A stretch of 54,979 nt of DNA from Betaproteobacteria bacterium (GTDB lineage: Bacteria > Pseudomonadota > Gammaproteobacteria > Burkholderiales > Ga0077523), in NCBI GenBank assembly GCA_031393885.1, contig JANMWG010000286.1, forward strand, positions 1 to 54,979, in the 5' to 3' direction. The stretch's first letter is position 1. Each line of letters starts with the position of its first letter. The notes under the pieces were generated by a model. The model saw only the letters and a list, made by a program, of their open reading frames with translations, searched no databases and was not told where the DNA came from. A program made the position numbers and the translations under genes. Positions 17,424-29,309 of this stretch are shown one piece after another.

Positions 17424-20108
17424 ATGAAGGCCCTTCCCTTACCCATGCCCACCGCCCGCAAGCGAACCACCACCGCCGCGGTAACCTCGTCGCGCGACCC
17501 AGTGCCGAAGTCCGCACGCGAGACCGAGGCACCTAAAATCCCCGCGGGCGGCGGCAAGAAGCTCATCGTCGCCGAGAAGCCTTCTGTGGCCACCGACATC
17601 TCGCGCGCGCTGGGTGGCTTCACCAAGCAGGGCGACTACTTCGAGAGCGACGAATTCGTGCTGTCGTCGGCAATCGGGCATCTGCTCGAAATTGCGGCGC
17701 CCGAGGAGTACGAGGTCAAGCGCGGCAAATGGTCGTTTGCAAACCTGCCGGTGATCCCGCCGCACTTCGACCTCAGGCCGATCGAGAAGACAGCCGACCG
17801 GCTCAAGCTCCTCACCCGTCTGCTCAAACGCAAGGACGTCGTCGGTGTCATCAACGCCTGCGACGCGGGGCGCGAAGGCGAACTGATATTCCGTTACATC
17901 GTGCAGCATGCAGGCTCGGGCAAGCCGGTCGAGAGGCTTTGGCTGCAATCGATGACGCCAAGTGCCATCCGGGACGGCTTCTCGCAATTGCGTAGCGGCG
18001 AATCGATGCAACCACTCGCCGACGCGGCGATGTGCCGGAGCGAGTCGGACTGGCTCGTGGGCATCAATGGCACACGTGCGATGACGGCTTTCAATTCCAA
18101 GGACGGCGGCTTCTACAAGACTACCGTGGGTCGGGTTCAGACGCCCACTCTGGCGGTCCTGGTAGAACGCGAACGGCGGATCAAGGCTTTCGTGTCGCGC
18201 AACTACTGGGAAGTGCACGCGACGTTCGGCGCCGATGCCGGTGACTATGCCGGCCGCTGGTTCGATGAAGCGTTCGACAAGGCGAAGAAGGCGGACGACG
18301 CCGATAGCCGCCCCGAACGCATCTGGGACGAAGCTCACGCCATGGCACTTGCCGGCCGGTGCGAGGGAAAACGTGGGGTCGTCACCGAAGACGCCAAGCC
18401 GAGCACCCAGGCCCCACCGCTGCTGTTCGATCTCACCAGCTTGCAACGCGAGGCCAACGGGCGCTTCGGGTTCTCCGCCAAGACCACGTTGTCGATCGCT
18501 CAAGCGCTGTACGAGAAGCACAAGGTCCTGACCTATCCACGTACCGACGCTCGGGCGCTGCCGGAGGACTATCTGCCGACGGTGCGCCAGACGCTCGAAA
18601 TGTTGCGCACCGACGCACCGGCGGTGCTCGGTTATGGGGGCTTGGCCGGCCGGGTCCTGCGCGAGAACTGGGTCAAACCGAACAAGCGCATCTTCAACAA
18701 CGAGAAGATATCGGATCACTTCGCCATCATTCCGACGCTGGAGGCACCCAGGAGTCTTTCCGAGATCGAACTCAAGCTCTACGACTTCGTGGTTCGCCGT
18801 TTCCTGTCGGTGTTCTTTCCGTCGGCGGAGTACATGATCACCACCCGCATCACGCGCATCGGCGATGATCCGTTCCGCACCGAAGGCAAGGTGATGGTCA
18901 ACGCCGGTTGGCTCGAGGTCTACGGCAAGGAAGCGCAGGATGCCGATGCCACCCTTGCTGCGGTCAGCGGTGGCGAGGTCGATACGCTGTCTGTGATAGC
19001 ACAGCCGCTCGCGACCAGGCCGCCGGCTCGCTTCAACGAAGCTACGCTGCTGTCGGCCATGGAAGGCGCCGGCAAGCTCGTAGAAGACGAAGACCTGCGT
19101 GCCGCCATGAGCGCGAAGGGATTGGGAACACCCGCGACGCGCGCGGCAGTCATCGAGGGTCTGATCTTCGAGGAATATCTGATCCGCGAAGGCCGTGATC
19201 TGTTGCCGACCGCCAAGGCCTTCGACCTTTTTTATGCGCTCGACAAGTTCGGCATCGACGAACTCCGCTCCCCTGAACTGACCGGCACCTGGGAGTTCAA
19301 GCTCAAGCAGATGGAACAGGGGCTCCTGGGAAGACCAGAGTTCATGCGGCACATCACCGACACGACCCAGGAACTGGTCGACCGTATCAAGCGGGGAACG
19401 CTGAGCGACGAACCGATTGCGACGCTCGCGGCGCCATGCCCGAAATGTGGGCATACGGTGGTGGAGAATTACCGCAAATTCGTTTGCACCAATTGCGACT
19501 TCTCACTCTGGAAAGTGGTTGCCGGTCGTCGTATGGAGGCGAACGAGATCGAGACCCTGCTGACTACCCGCACCATCGGTCCGTTGCAGGGCTTTCGCAG
19601 CCGGATGGGCAGACCATTCGCCGCCATCATCCGCCTCAAGGACGACTTCACACCTGAATTCGACTTCGGCAATCCCACCGGTGACGGGAATGGTGACGCC
19701 ACGCCGGTGGATTTCAGCGGGCAGGAGTCCCTCGGGCCATGCCCGAAGTGCGGCTCCAACGTGTACGAACACGGATTGTCCTACGTGTGTGATAAGGCAG
19801 TCGGAGGCGAGCGCACCTGTGACTTCCGCAGCGGTAGGATCATCCTGCAACGGCCGATAGAATCCGAACAGATGCGCAAACTCCTCGCCACCGGCCGTAC
19901 CGACCTGCTGTCGAAATTCGTATCCAAGAAAGGGCGTCCGTTCGCGGCGTTCCTGGTGCGCGGCGAAGACGGCAAGGTCGGCTTCGAGTTTGCACCGCGC
20001 GAGGTGAAGGCGGGAAAGCATCCCACCAAGGCAGTTGCAAAGCCGAGCACCGCACCACCTGCTTCACCCCGGGCGGCAAAGCCAAAAAAAAGTAGTGCGG
20101 GAGGCTGA
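17424..20108 (+). CDS. topB: type IA DNA topoisomerase, Topo III-like, with C-terminal Zn-ribbons and a basic tail
   Basis: 894 aa. The Toprim region is KKLIVAEKPSVATDISRAL...AIGHLLE...NACDAGREGELIF. Two CxxC...CxxC ribbons are each followed by a GRPFAA repeat. The tail reads KAVAKPSTAPPASPRAAKPKKSS. Confidence 0.8.
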   Translation: MKALPLPMPTARKRTTTAAVTSSRDPVPKSARETEAPKIPAGGGKKLIVAEKPSVATDISRALGGFTKQGDYFESDEFVLSSAIGHLLEIAAPEEYEVKRGKWSFANLPVIPPHFDLRPIEKTADRLKLLTRLLKRKDVVGVINACDAGREGELIFRYIVQHAGSGKPVERLWLQSMTPSAIRDGFSQLRSGESMQPLADAAMCRSESDWLVGINGTRAMTAFNSKDGGFYKTTVGRVQTPTLAVLVERERRIKAFVSRNYWEVHATFGADAGDYAGRWFDEAFDKAKKADDADSRPERIWDEAHAMALAGRCEGKRGVVTEDAKPSTQAPPLLFDLTSLQREANGRFGFSAKTTLSIAQALYEKHKVLTYPRTDARALPEDYLPTVRQTLEMLRTDAPAVLGYGGLAGRVLRENWVKPNKRIFNNEKISDHFAIIPTLEAPRSLSEIELKLYDFVVRRFLSVFFPSAEYMITTRITRIGDDPFRTEGKVMVNAGWLEVYGKEAQDADATLAAVSGGEVDTLSVIAQPLATRPPARFNEATLLSAMEGAGKLVEDEDLRAAMSAKGLGTPATRAAVIEGLIFEEYLIREGRDLLPTAKAFDLFYALDKFGIDELRSPELTGTWEFKLKQMEQGLLGRPEFMRHITDTTQELVDRIKRGTLSDEPIATLAAPCPKCGHTVVENYRKFVCTNCDFSLWKVVAGRRMEANEIETLLTTRTIGPLQGFRSRMGRPFAAIIRLKDDFTPEFDFGNPTGDGNGDATPVDFSGQESLGPCPKCGSNVYEHGLSYVCDKAVGGERTCDFRSGRIILQRPIESEQMRKLLATGRTDLLSKFVSKKGRPFAAFLVRGEDGKVGFEFAPREVKAGKHPTKAVAKPSTAPPASPRAAKPKKSSAGG

Positions 20109-20147
20109 CCCGGTCTCATTCAGGCTGGCCGCCGGTGGACCGCTGCT

Positions 20148-23692
<3,545 letters not shown>

Positions 23693-23895
23693 TTCACTTT
23701 CTAACTAATAGAAATTAATAAGGAATGGCCGCGATTGTGGGAGACGGCCGGAGATCCAGGATCGGCGCGGTGGTCGAGGGTGCGGGAAGTGCGGTAGCAG
23801 CCGTGTATGGTTTGTGGATCGATTCTGGATGAATTCCCGGTTCCTCGCTCGGTCCACGAATGGTCACAAAGCACACAGGAGTTATCCCCCATGGC
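23693..23895. promoter_or_regulatory. dnaA-dnaN intergenic region: AT-rich tract plus degenerate DnaA-box cluster (dnaN promoter and/or oriC component)
   Basis: Positions 23693-23730 (tttcactttctaactaatagaaattaataaggaatgg) have roughly 25-30% GC in a ~65% GC window. Three 7-of-9 matches to TTATCCACA/TGTGGATAA occur: TGTGGATCG (23813-23821), TCTGGATGA (23823-23831) and TTATCCCCC (23882-23890). Confidence 0.5.
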
Positions 23896-25242
23896 TCAGC
23901 CCCGTAGGACCATGATGAGAGCATCGTAGTCACGCTGGATGTCGGGCATGGTGGAGCGAAGGGCCGCAACCCTTCGACAGGCATGGAGAACGGTCGTGTG
24001 GTCTCTGCCACCGAAGGCATCACCGATGTCGGGAAGACTGAGTTGCGTCAATTCCTTTGCCAGCGCCATCGCGACCTGACGGGGTCGTGCGACCACCCTG
24101 GACTTTTTCTTGGAATACATCTCCGAAACCTTGATCTTGTAATACTCAGCCACCGTCTTTTGGATGTTTTCGAGGGAAATCTGGCGCGTTTGCACGGCGA
24201 GAAGATCCTTCAATGCGGCTCGGGTCGAATCGACAGTGATCGCGACGTCGGCGAAACGGGTGTAGGCGACGATTCTCTTCAGGGCGCCTTCGAGTTCGCG
24301 GACGTTGGATTGGATATGGGTTGCGATGAAAAACGCCACATCCTCAGACACCGCGACCCGTTCCGCCTCTGCCTTCTTAAGGAGGATGGCTACACGCATC
24401 TCGAGCTCGGGGGGTTCGATCGCCACGGTCAGGCCCCACGCGAATCGTGAGATCAGTCTGTCTTCCATGCCGGCGATCTCTTTTGGGTATGTGTCGCAGG
24501 TGATGATGATCTGCTTGTCGGCATCGACCAGTGCGTTGAAGGCGTAGAAGAATTCTTCCTGGGTCCGGTTTTTGCCGCTGAAAAACTGGATGTCGTCGAT
24601 CAGCAGCAAGTCGAGCGAGTGATAAGATTTCTTGAAACTGTCGAAGGACTTGTGCTGATAGGCACGAACGACATCCGATACGTATTGCTCGGCGTGGATG
24701 TACCGGATTCGCGCTTGCGGATTCTTGGCATGGACGAGATTGCCGATGGCTTGGACAAGGTGGGTCTTGCCGAGCCCGACCCCGCCGTAGATGAAGAGCG
24801 GGTTGTAGGCCGTACCGGGGTGTTCCGCGATCTGTATTGCCGCGGCCCGGGCCAGCTGGTTGGCCTTGCCGGCAACAAATCCGTCGAATGTAAAACCCGG
24901 ATTCAGTCGGCCGCGCTCTCGCGGCGTTGGCGGGGCCGGGAATACGGCAGGGGCCATCAGTGGCGGTGCGGAAGCCAGTGAAGGTTCGGCACGATTTCGT
25001 TCTGTATCGGTGGCCAACTGTAGTTCGACCAGGACTTCGCCACCGGACAGGGTCGCAGTGAGTTGTTCGATTACCCTCAAAAATCGTTCTCGTACCCATT
25101 CGAGCACGAAGCGGTTGGGGGCCGACAGCAGCAGCAAGCGGTCACGGCGAATCGCTTCGAGTGGCTTGATCCAGGTCCTGAACTGCTGTTCAGACAAGGA
25201 GTCGCGGAGTTCGGCCTGACAACGTGCCCACAGGTCTGGCAT
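23896..25242 (-). CDS. dnaA: chromosomal replication initiator protein DnaA
   Basis: ORF 23896..25587. The conserved start is [28 protein letters not shown] (ATG at 25242), giving 448 aa. It has the AAA+ motif [10 protein letters not shown] and the C-terminal DNA-binding region [12 protein letters not shown]. Confidence 0.94.
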   Translation of the reverse strand: MPDLWARCQAELRDSLSEQQFRTWIKPLEAIRRDRLLLLSAPNRFVLEWVRERFLRVIEQLTATLSGGEVLVELQLATDTERNRAEPSLASAPPLMAPAVFPAPPTPRERGRLNPGFTFDGFVAGKANQLARAAAIQIAEHPGTAYNPLFIYGGVGLGKTHLVQAIGNLVHAKNPQARIRYIHAEQYVSDVVRAYQHKSFDSFKKSYHSLDLLLIDDIQFFSGKNRTQEEFFYAFNALVDADKQIIITCDTYPKEIAGMEDRLISRFAWGLTVAIEPPELEMRVAILLKKAEAERVAVSEDVAFFIATHIQSNVRELEGALKRIVAYTRFADVAITVDSTRAALKDLLAVQTRQISLENIQKTVAEYYKIKVSEMYSKKKSRVVARPRQVAMALAKELTQLSLPDIGDAFGGRDHTTVLHACRRVAALRSTMPDIQRDYDALIMVLRG

Positions 25243-25348
25243 GAATTCTGGTGCTGTGGTCACGAATGAGGTGGGCAGGCGGGAGGTGGGTGAAGGGGCA
25301 TGTTGTTCGTGATGCGCGGTCCATGATGTTAGCAGGACCGGCCTCAGG

Positions 25349-25357
25349 TTATCCACA
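25349..25357 (+). promoter_or_regulatory. Perfect consensus DnaA box (TTATCCACA) upstream of dnaA
   Basis: An exact 9-mer lies in the 204-bp dnaA/rpmH divergent intergenic region. Confidence 0.8.
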
Positions 25358-25383
25358 GGCTGGCGGGTCAATGCCATCGCGAA

Positions 25384-25413
25384 TTGACAATACCGGGCGA
25401 CCGCGTGTGTAAT
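25384..25413 (+). promoter_or_regulatory. Candidate sigma70 promoter of rpmH-rnpA-yidD-yidC-mnmE
   Basis: TTGACA (25384-25389), an 18-nt spacer, then TGTAAT (25408-25413). It lies about 35 nt upstream of the rpmH ATG, with a GGGGGA Shine-Dalgarno at 25436-25441. Confidence 0.5.
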
Positions 25414-25446
25414 ACACGGCTTTGCACAAGCTATGCGGGGGATGTG

Positions 25447-25581
25447 ATGAAACGTACTTATCAGCCGTCGGTAACCCGGCGCAAACGTACCCACGGGTTC
25501 AGGGTCAGGATGAAGACGAAGAGCGGCCGCGCCGTGATCAACGCGCGTCGAGCAAAGGGTCGCGCCAGGTTGGCGGTCTGA
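25447..25581 (+). CDS. rpmH: 50S ribosomal protein L34
   Basis: [44 protein letters not shown] (44 aa), found inside ORF 25384..25581. Confidence 0.97.
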   Translation: MKRTYQPSVTRRKRTHGFRVRMKTKSGRAVINARRAKGRARLAV

Positions 25582-25925
25582 CTTCACGGACTGGCGGCAG
25601 CGCCCAGGCGTTCGGTCGAGAACTCCGGGTCGTCGTCGGGGCCGATTTCAAGCGGGCGTTCGAATCGGGGGTCCGCAGAAGCGGCGAGTATTTCTCGGTG
25701 CATCGTGTCGCCAACGGCTTGTCCCGTCCGAGGCTGGGCATGGTGGTCGCCGTGCGGACTGCGGGATCCAGTGTTTCCAGGAACCGGATCAAGCGCTTGA
25801 TCCGAGAATCTTTCCGATTGCGACAACGGGACTTGGCGGGATGGGACTGGATAATCCGGGCACGACGAGGGGTTCCAGAGGCGGCGGTGAATGCGGCAAG
25901 GGCCGATTTAGCGCGCTTGTTGTAG
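25578..25925 (+). CDS. rnpA: ribonuclease P protein component
   Basis: It uses the frame of ORF 25422..25925. [17 protein letters not shown]...RPRLGMVVA...[17 protein letters not shown] aligns with the RnpA pattern (FPRELRLL...RNRIKRLTRESFRL in E. coli). The start is uncertain because only a CTG at 25578 lies between rpmH and the conserved region. Confidence 0.8.
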   Translation: MTSRTGGSAQAFGRELRVVVGADFKRAFESGVRRSGEYFSVHRVANGLSRPRLGMVVAVRTAGSSVSRNRIKRLIRESFRLRQRDLAGWDWIIRARRGVPEAAVNAARADLARLL

Positions 25926-26146
25926 TTGAGCAAGTCGTCGCGCGCGTGCTCATCGGTACGATTCGTGGATATCGGCTACTCGTGAGTCCCTTGTTAGCGG
26001 CGTCGTGCCGGTTCCACCCATCTTGTTCAACCTACGCTATCGATGCGGTCCAGCGGTACGGGGCCGCAAAGGGCTCGCGGCTGGCCCTTCAGCGTATTTG
26101 CCGTTGTCACCCGTGGAATGCGGGCGGCCATGATCCGGTTCCTTGA
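25841..26146 (+). CDS. yidD: membrane protein insertion efficiency factor YidD
   Basis: RVLIGTIRGYRLLVSPLLAASCRFHPSCSTYAIDAVQRYGAAKGSRLALQRICRCHPWNAGGHDPVP. The conserved part begins near 25940. GTG at 25946 is an alternative start, while the ATG at 25841 overlaps rnpA. Confidence 0.82.
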   Translation: MGLDNPGTTRGSRGGGECGKGRFSALVVVEQVVARVLIGTIRGYRLLVSPLLAASCRFHPSCSTYAIDAVQRYGAAKGSRLALQRICRCHPWNAGGHDPVP

Positions 26147-26151
26147 ATCAA

Positions 26152-27831
26152 ATGAAATTTTCCGAAGCGCCACGCCTGATTCTGCTGATGATCTTCGCCG
26201 TGTCTTTGTTCATGCTCGGGGAAAATTGGTACAAGCAATACTGGCCTAAGCAAGAATCGATCGCCGTTGTCGGTAAACCCGGTGGCTTGATCGGCGATCC
26301 GTCACCAATCCCGGAATCCGCGAGCACGAACGTGCCCGCCACCGTTCAGCCCCGAGCCTCGAGCGATGCGTCCGATCCAGTTACCCCAGTCCCGAGCGCG
26401 ATATTTGTTGTGCAAACCGATGTCATTAGAGCTGAAATCGCAGCGATCGGTGGTGATCTTCGTCGAATTGAACTCCTGAAGCATCGTGACACCATCAACG
26501 CCGAACAGAATTTCTTGTTGATGGATTTGTCCGCTGAGCACACTCTGGTCGCGCAGACGGGATTGATCGGGTCTTCCTTGCCGAATCACAAGTCGGTGTT
26601 CGCGGCCTCCGTGTCACAGGTAGTGATGAAGGATGGTGAAAACGAGGTGAAGTTGGTGCTTACCTCGACCGACGCCGGCAAGCCGCGCCTGACCAAGGTT
26701 TACACGTTCGCCCGGGGTCAGTACCGCATCGACGTTTCCCAGACCATCGAGAACACCGGCGCCAGCGCCCTGACACCGTTTGCGTACTTCCAGCTCGTAC
26801 GCGACGACAAGGCGCCTGCGGGAGATTCCCGGTGGGTACCGACGTTCAACGGCGTCGCGCAGTTCACCGAACAGGACAAGTACCAGAAGATGTCCTTTGG
26901 TGACATTGCCAAAGGCAAGGCTGTACCCGTCAAGACCAGCCAGGATGGATGGATCGGGATGGTGCAGCACTACTTCGTGTCCGCATGGTTGCCGCCGCCC
27001 GGAGCACCCAAAGAGTTTTTTGTTCGGTCGCTGGGTGGCGGTTTCTTCGCCGCGGGGGTAATTGTGCCTGTCGGGCGGGTCGAGGCGGGCAAGAGCGCGA
27101 CGTGGTCGGTGCCGCTATATGCCGGGCCGCAGGAACAGAAGAAGCTCGCCAGTCTTGCACCCGGACTGGATCTCACGGTCGATTACGGGTGGCTGACGAT
27201 CATTGCGGCGCCGCTGTTCTGGCTCTTGTCGACGATTCATGGCGTAGTCCGCAATTGGGGCGTGGCGATCATCATCGTCACGGTTCTGATAAAACTCTTG
27301 TTCTTTCCCCTTTCCGCGGCGTCCTACAAGTCAATGGCCAAGATGCGGCTGATGGCACCGAAGCTGCAGAAGCTCAAGGAGCTTCACGGGGACGACAAGG
27401 CCAAGCTGCATCAGGCAATGATGCAGCTCTACAAGACAGAGAAGATCAATCCTCTCGGTGGATGTCTCCCTATCGTTGTTCAGATCCCGGTGTTCATCTC
27501 GCTTTACTGGGTCTTGCTCGGTACTGTCGAGATGCGCCATGCGCCTTTCATGCTCTGGGTTCAGGACCTGTCCCGTCCCGACCCCTTCTACGTACTCCCC
27601 ATTCTCATGGGCTTGAGCATGATCATCCAGTCGCGGCTGAATCCGGAACCGCCGGATCCCATCCAGGCCAAGGTGATGAAGATCATGCCGATCGCCTTCA
27701 GCGTGTTCTTCTTCTTCTTCCCGGCAGGTCTGGTGCTGTACTGGGTAATCAATAATGTGCTGTCGATTGCCCAGCAGTGGACCATTACGCGTCAGTTGGA
27801 ACGGGTGGGGCTTGGAGCAGGGAAGCGGTGA
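26152..27831 (+). CDS. yidC: membrane protein insertase YidC
   Basis: ORF 26143..27831, where the track start is a TTG. ATG at 26152 gives MKFSEAPRLILLMIFAVSLFMLG. The C-terminal 60-kDa IMP core contains NWGVAIIIVTVLIKLLFFPL and PAGLVLYWVINN. Confidence 0.94.
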   Translation: MKFSEAPRLILLMIFAVSLFMLGENWYKQYWPKQESIAVVGKPGGLIGDPSPIPESASTNVPATVQPRASSDASDPVTPVPSAIFVVQTDVIRAEIAAIGGDLRRIELLKHRDTINAEQNFLLMDLSAEHTLVAQTGLIGSSLPNHKSVFAASVSQVVMKDGENEVKLVLTSTDAGKPRLTKVYTFARGQYRIDVSQTIENTGASALTPFAYFQLVRDDKAPAGDSRWVPTFNGVAQFTEQDKYQKMSFGDIAKGKAVPVKTSQDGWIGMVQHYFVSAWLPPPGAPKEFFVRSLGGGFFAAGVIVPVGRVEAGKSATWSVPLYAGPQEQKKLASLAPGLDLTVDYGWLTIIAAPLFWLLSTIHGVVRNWGVAIIIVTVLIKLLFFPLSAASYKSMAKMRLMAPKLQKLKELHGDDKAKLHQAMMQLYKTEKINPLGGCLPIVVQIPVFISLYWVLLGTVEMRHAPFMLWVQDLSRPDPFYVLPILMGLSMIIQSRLNPEPPDPIQAKVMKIMPIAFSVFFFFFPAGLVLYWVINNVLSIAQQWTITRQLERVGLGAGKR

Positions 27832-29167
27832 CACCATCGCGGCGGTCGCCACGGCAACAGGCCGTGGGGCCGTGGGCATCGTCCGTGTCAGTGGGCCCGC
27901 TGCCGCTGCCATCGCCGCTGCGGTCTTGGGCCGCCTCCCAGTTGCTCGGGTAGCGACTCGCGCGGCCTTCGTCGACGCCGGCGGCGGTTGTCTCGACGAT
28001 GGTCTCGCACTCTACTTTCCGCGACCCCACTCCTATACGGGAGACGACATGGTCGAGTTCCAGGGTCATGGTAGTCCGGTGATCCTGGCATCCATGCTCG
28101 ATCGATGTGTTCAGCTTGGCGCTCGCCTCGCCGAACCTGGGGAGTTCACCAAGCGCGCCTTCCTCAATGGAAAGCTGGCGCTATCCGAGGCGGAGGCGGT
28201 TGCCGACATCATCGAAGCTTCTTCGATGGAGGCGGCCAGGGCGGCAGTACGAGCATTGCGTGGCGAGTTGAATCTCCAGGCTAAGCACATCGATCGAAGG
28301 CTGCTGGATCTTCGCGCTTTGCTGGAAACGTCGCTGGATTTTCCCGACGACTATCCGGATGTTGCGGTCGGTGAGCGGCTGCGGCGCGAAATCGGCGACC
28401 TGACAGGTGAAGTGCGACGGGTATTGGGAGGGGCGCAGCGGGGAAGGTTGCTGCGCGATGGCGTGTCGGTGGTGCTCGTGGGCGCGGCCAATGTAGGTAA
28501 ATCGAGCTTGTTCAATCGCTTGGTCGGTGGCGAGATCGCAATCGTCACGGATGCCCCGGGCACCACGCGCGACATCTTGCGCGCAGAGTTCTGTATCGAA
28601 GGGGTTCTGTTCCGACTGTTGGATACGGCAGGCATGCGCGAGGCATCTGATCGTGTGGAACAGATCGGCATTCAACGCGCTCGAGCAGCGGCTTCCGGCG
28701 CCGATGTCGTGGTGCTGGTACGTGACGATCAGTGTGGACCTGGTGATCTGGAACTTCACGATCCATCCGGGAACGCCATGTATGCGACGATCGTGCGAGT
28801 GCGAAACAAGTGTGACCTCCGCCCTGTGGAAGTGGGTGGCGAGGATGATGGCGATGGGGACGAGGTGGTTGTCTCTGCGCTCACGGGGTACGGGATCGGC
28901 AATCTGCGAACGCGGTTGCTCGAGGCGGCCGGGTGGGGTTTCGGTGATGGGGGCGAAGTGGTGTTCGCCGCACAGGCAAGGCATGTCGTCAGTCTCGCGC
29001 GCGCGTTGGTGTGTCTGGTAGCGGCGTCAGGCGCCGATTACGGCTCCCCCGAGCTGATGGCAGATGAGTTGCGACAAGCCCACGACGCTTTGGGCGAAAT
29101 CCTGGGGCGCACATTGCCAGAGGACCTGCTTGGTGAGATTTTCTCGCGGTTCTGTATCGGTAAATAG
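27812..29167 (+). CDS. mnmE: tRNA modification GTPase MnmE
   Basis: ORF 27755..29167. TTG at 27812 gives M-EQGSGDTIAAVATATGRGAVGIVRVSG. The G-domain has GAANVGKSSL and DTAGMRE, and the C-terminus has the FCIGK motif. ATG at 27755 is an alternative start. Confidence 0.92.
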   Translation: MEQGSGDTIAAVATATGRGAVGIVRVSGPAAAAIAAAVLGRLPVARVATRAAFVDAGGGCLDDGLALYFPRPHSYTGDDMVEFQGHGSPVILASMLDRCVQLGARLAEPGEFTKRAFLNGKLALSEAEAVADIIEASSMEAARAAVRALRGELNLQAKHIDRRLLDLRALLETSLDFPDDYPDVAVGERLRREIGDLTGEVRRVLGGAQRGRLLRDGVSVVLVGAANVGKSSLFNRLVGGEIAIVTDAPGTTRDILRAEFCIEGVLFRLLDTAGMREASDRVEQIGIQRARAAASGADVVVLVRDDQCGPGDLELHDPSGNAMYATIVRVRNKCDLRPVEVGGEDDGDGDEVVVSALTGYGIGNLRTRLLEAAGWGFGDGGEVVFAAQARHVVSLARALVCLVAASGADYGSPELMADELRQAHDALGEILGRTLPEDLLGEIFSRFCIGK

Positions 29168-29194
29168 GCACGCATTTCTGGTTCATCGGGGCGT

Positions 29195-29210
29195 GGTTTC
29201 ACGTGAAACC
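29195..29210. promoter_or_regulatory. parS centromere-like site (copy 1)
   Basis: GGTTTCACGTGAAACC is a perfect 16-bp palindrome. Its central 14 bp are identical to the chromosomal parS consensus tGTTTCACGTGAAACa. Confidence 0.85.
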
Positions 29211-29224
29211 GACCTTGAGCGGTA

Positions 29225-29240
29225 GGTTTCACGTGAAACC
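29225..29240. promoter_or_regulatory. parS centromere-like site (copy 2)
   Basis: The identical 16-mer GGTTTCACGTGAAACC lies 30 bp (centre to centre) from copy 1, in the mnmE-mnmG spacer and about 2.6 kb upstream of parAB. Confidence 0.85.
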
Positions 29241-29309
29241 ATCTGTTGCCACGATCTCCGGGTCCGCCATCTCCGGTATCATCCCCCGACTTGCATCATG
29301 GGATACATC

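Noticed and set aside
25422-25925. Full-length 167-aa ORF (TTG start) as the rnpA gene
   Set aside because: The first ~50 codons overlap the whole of rpmH in another frame and show no RnpA similarity. Only the part from about 25578 onward resembles RnpA.
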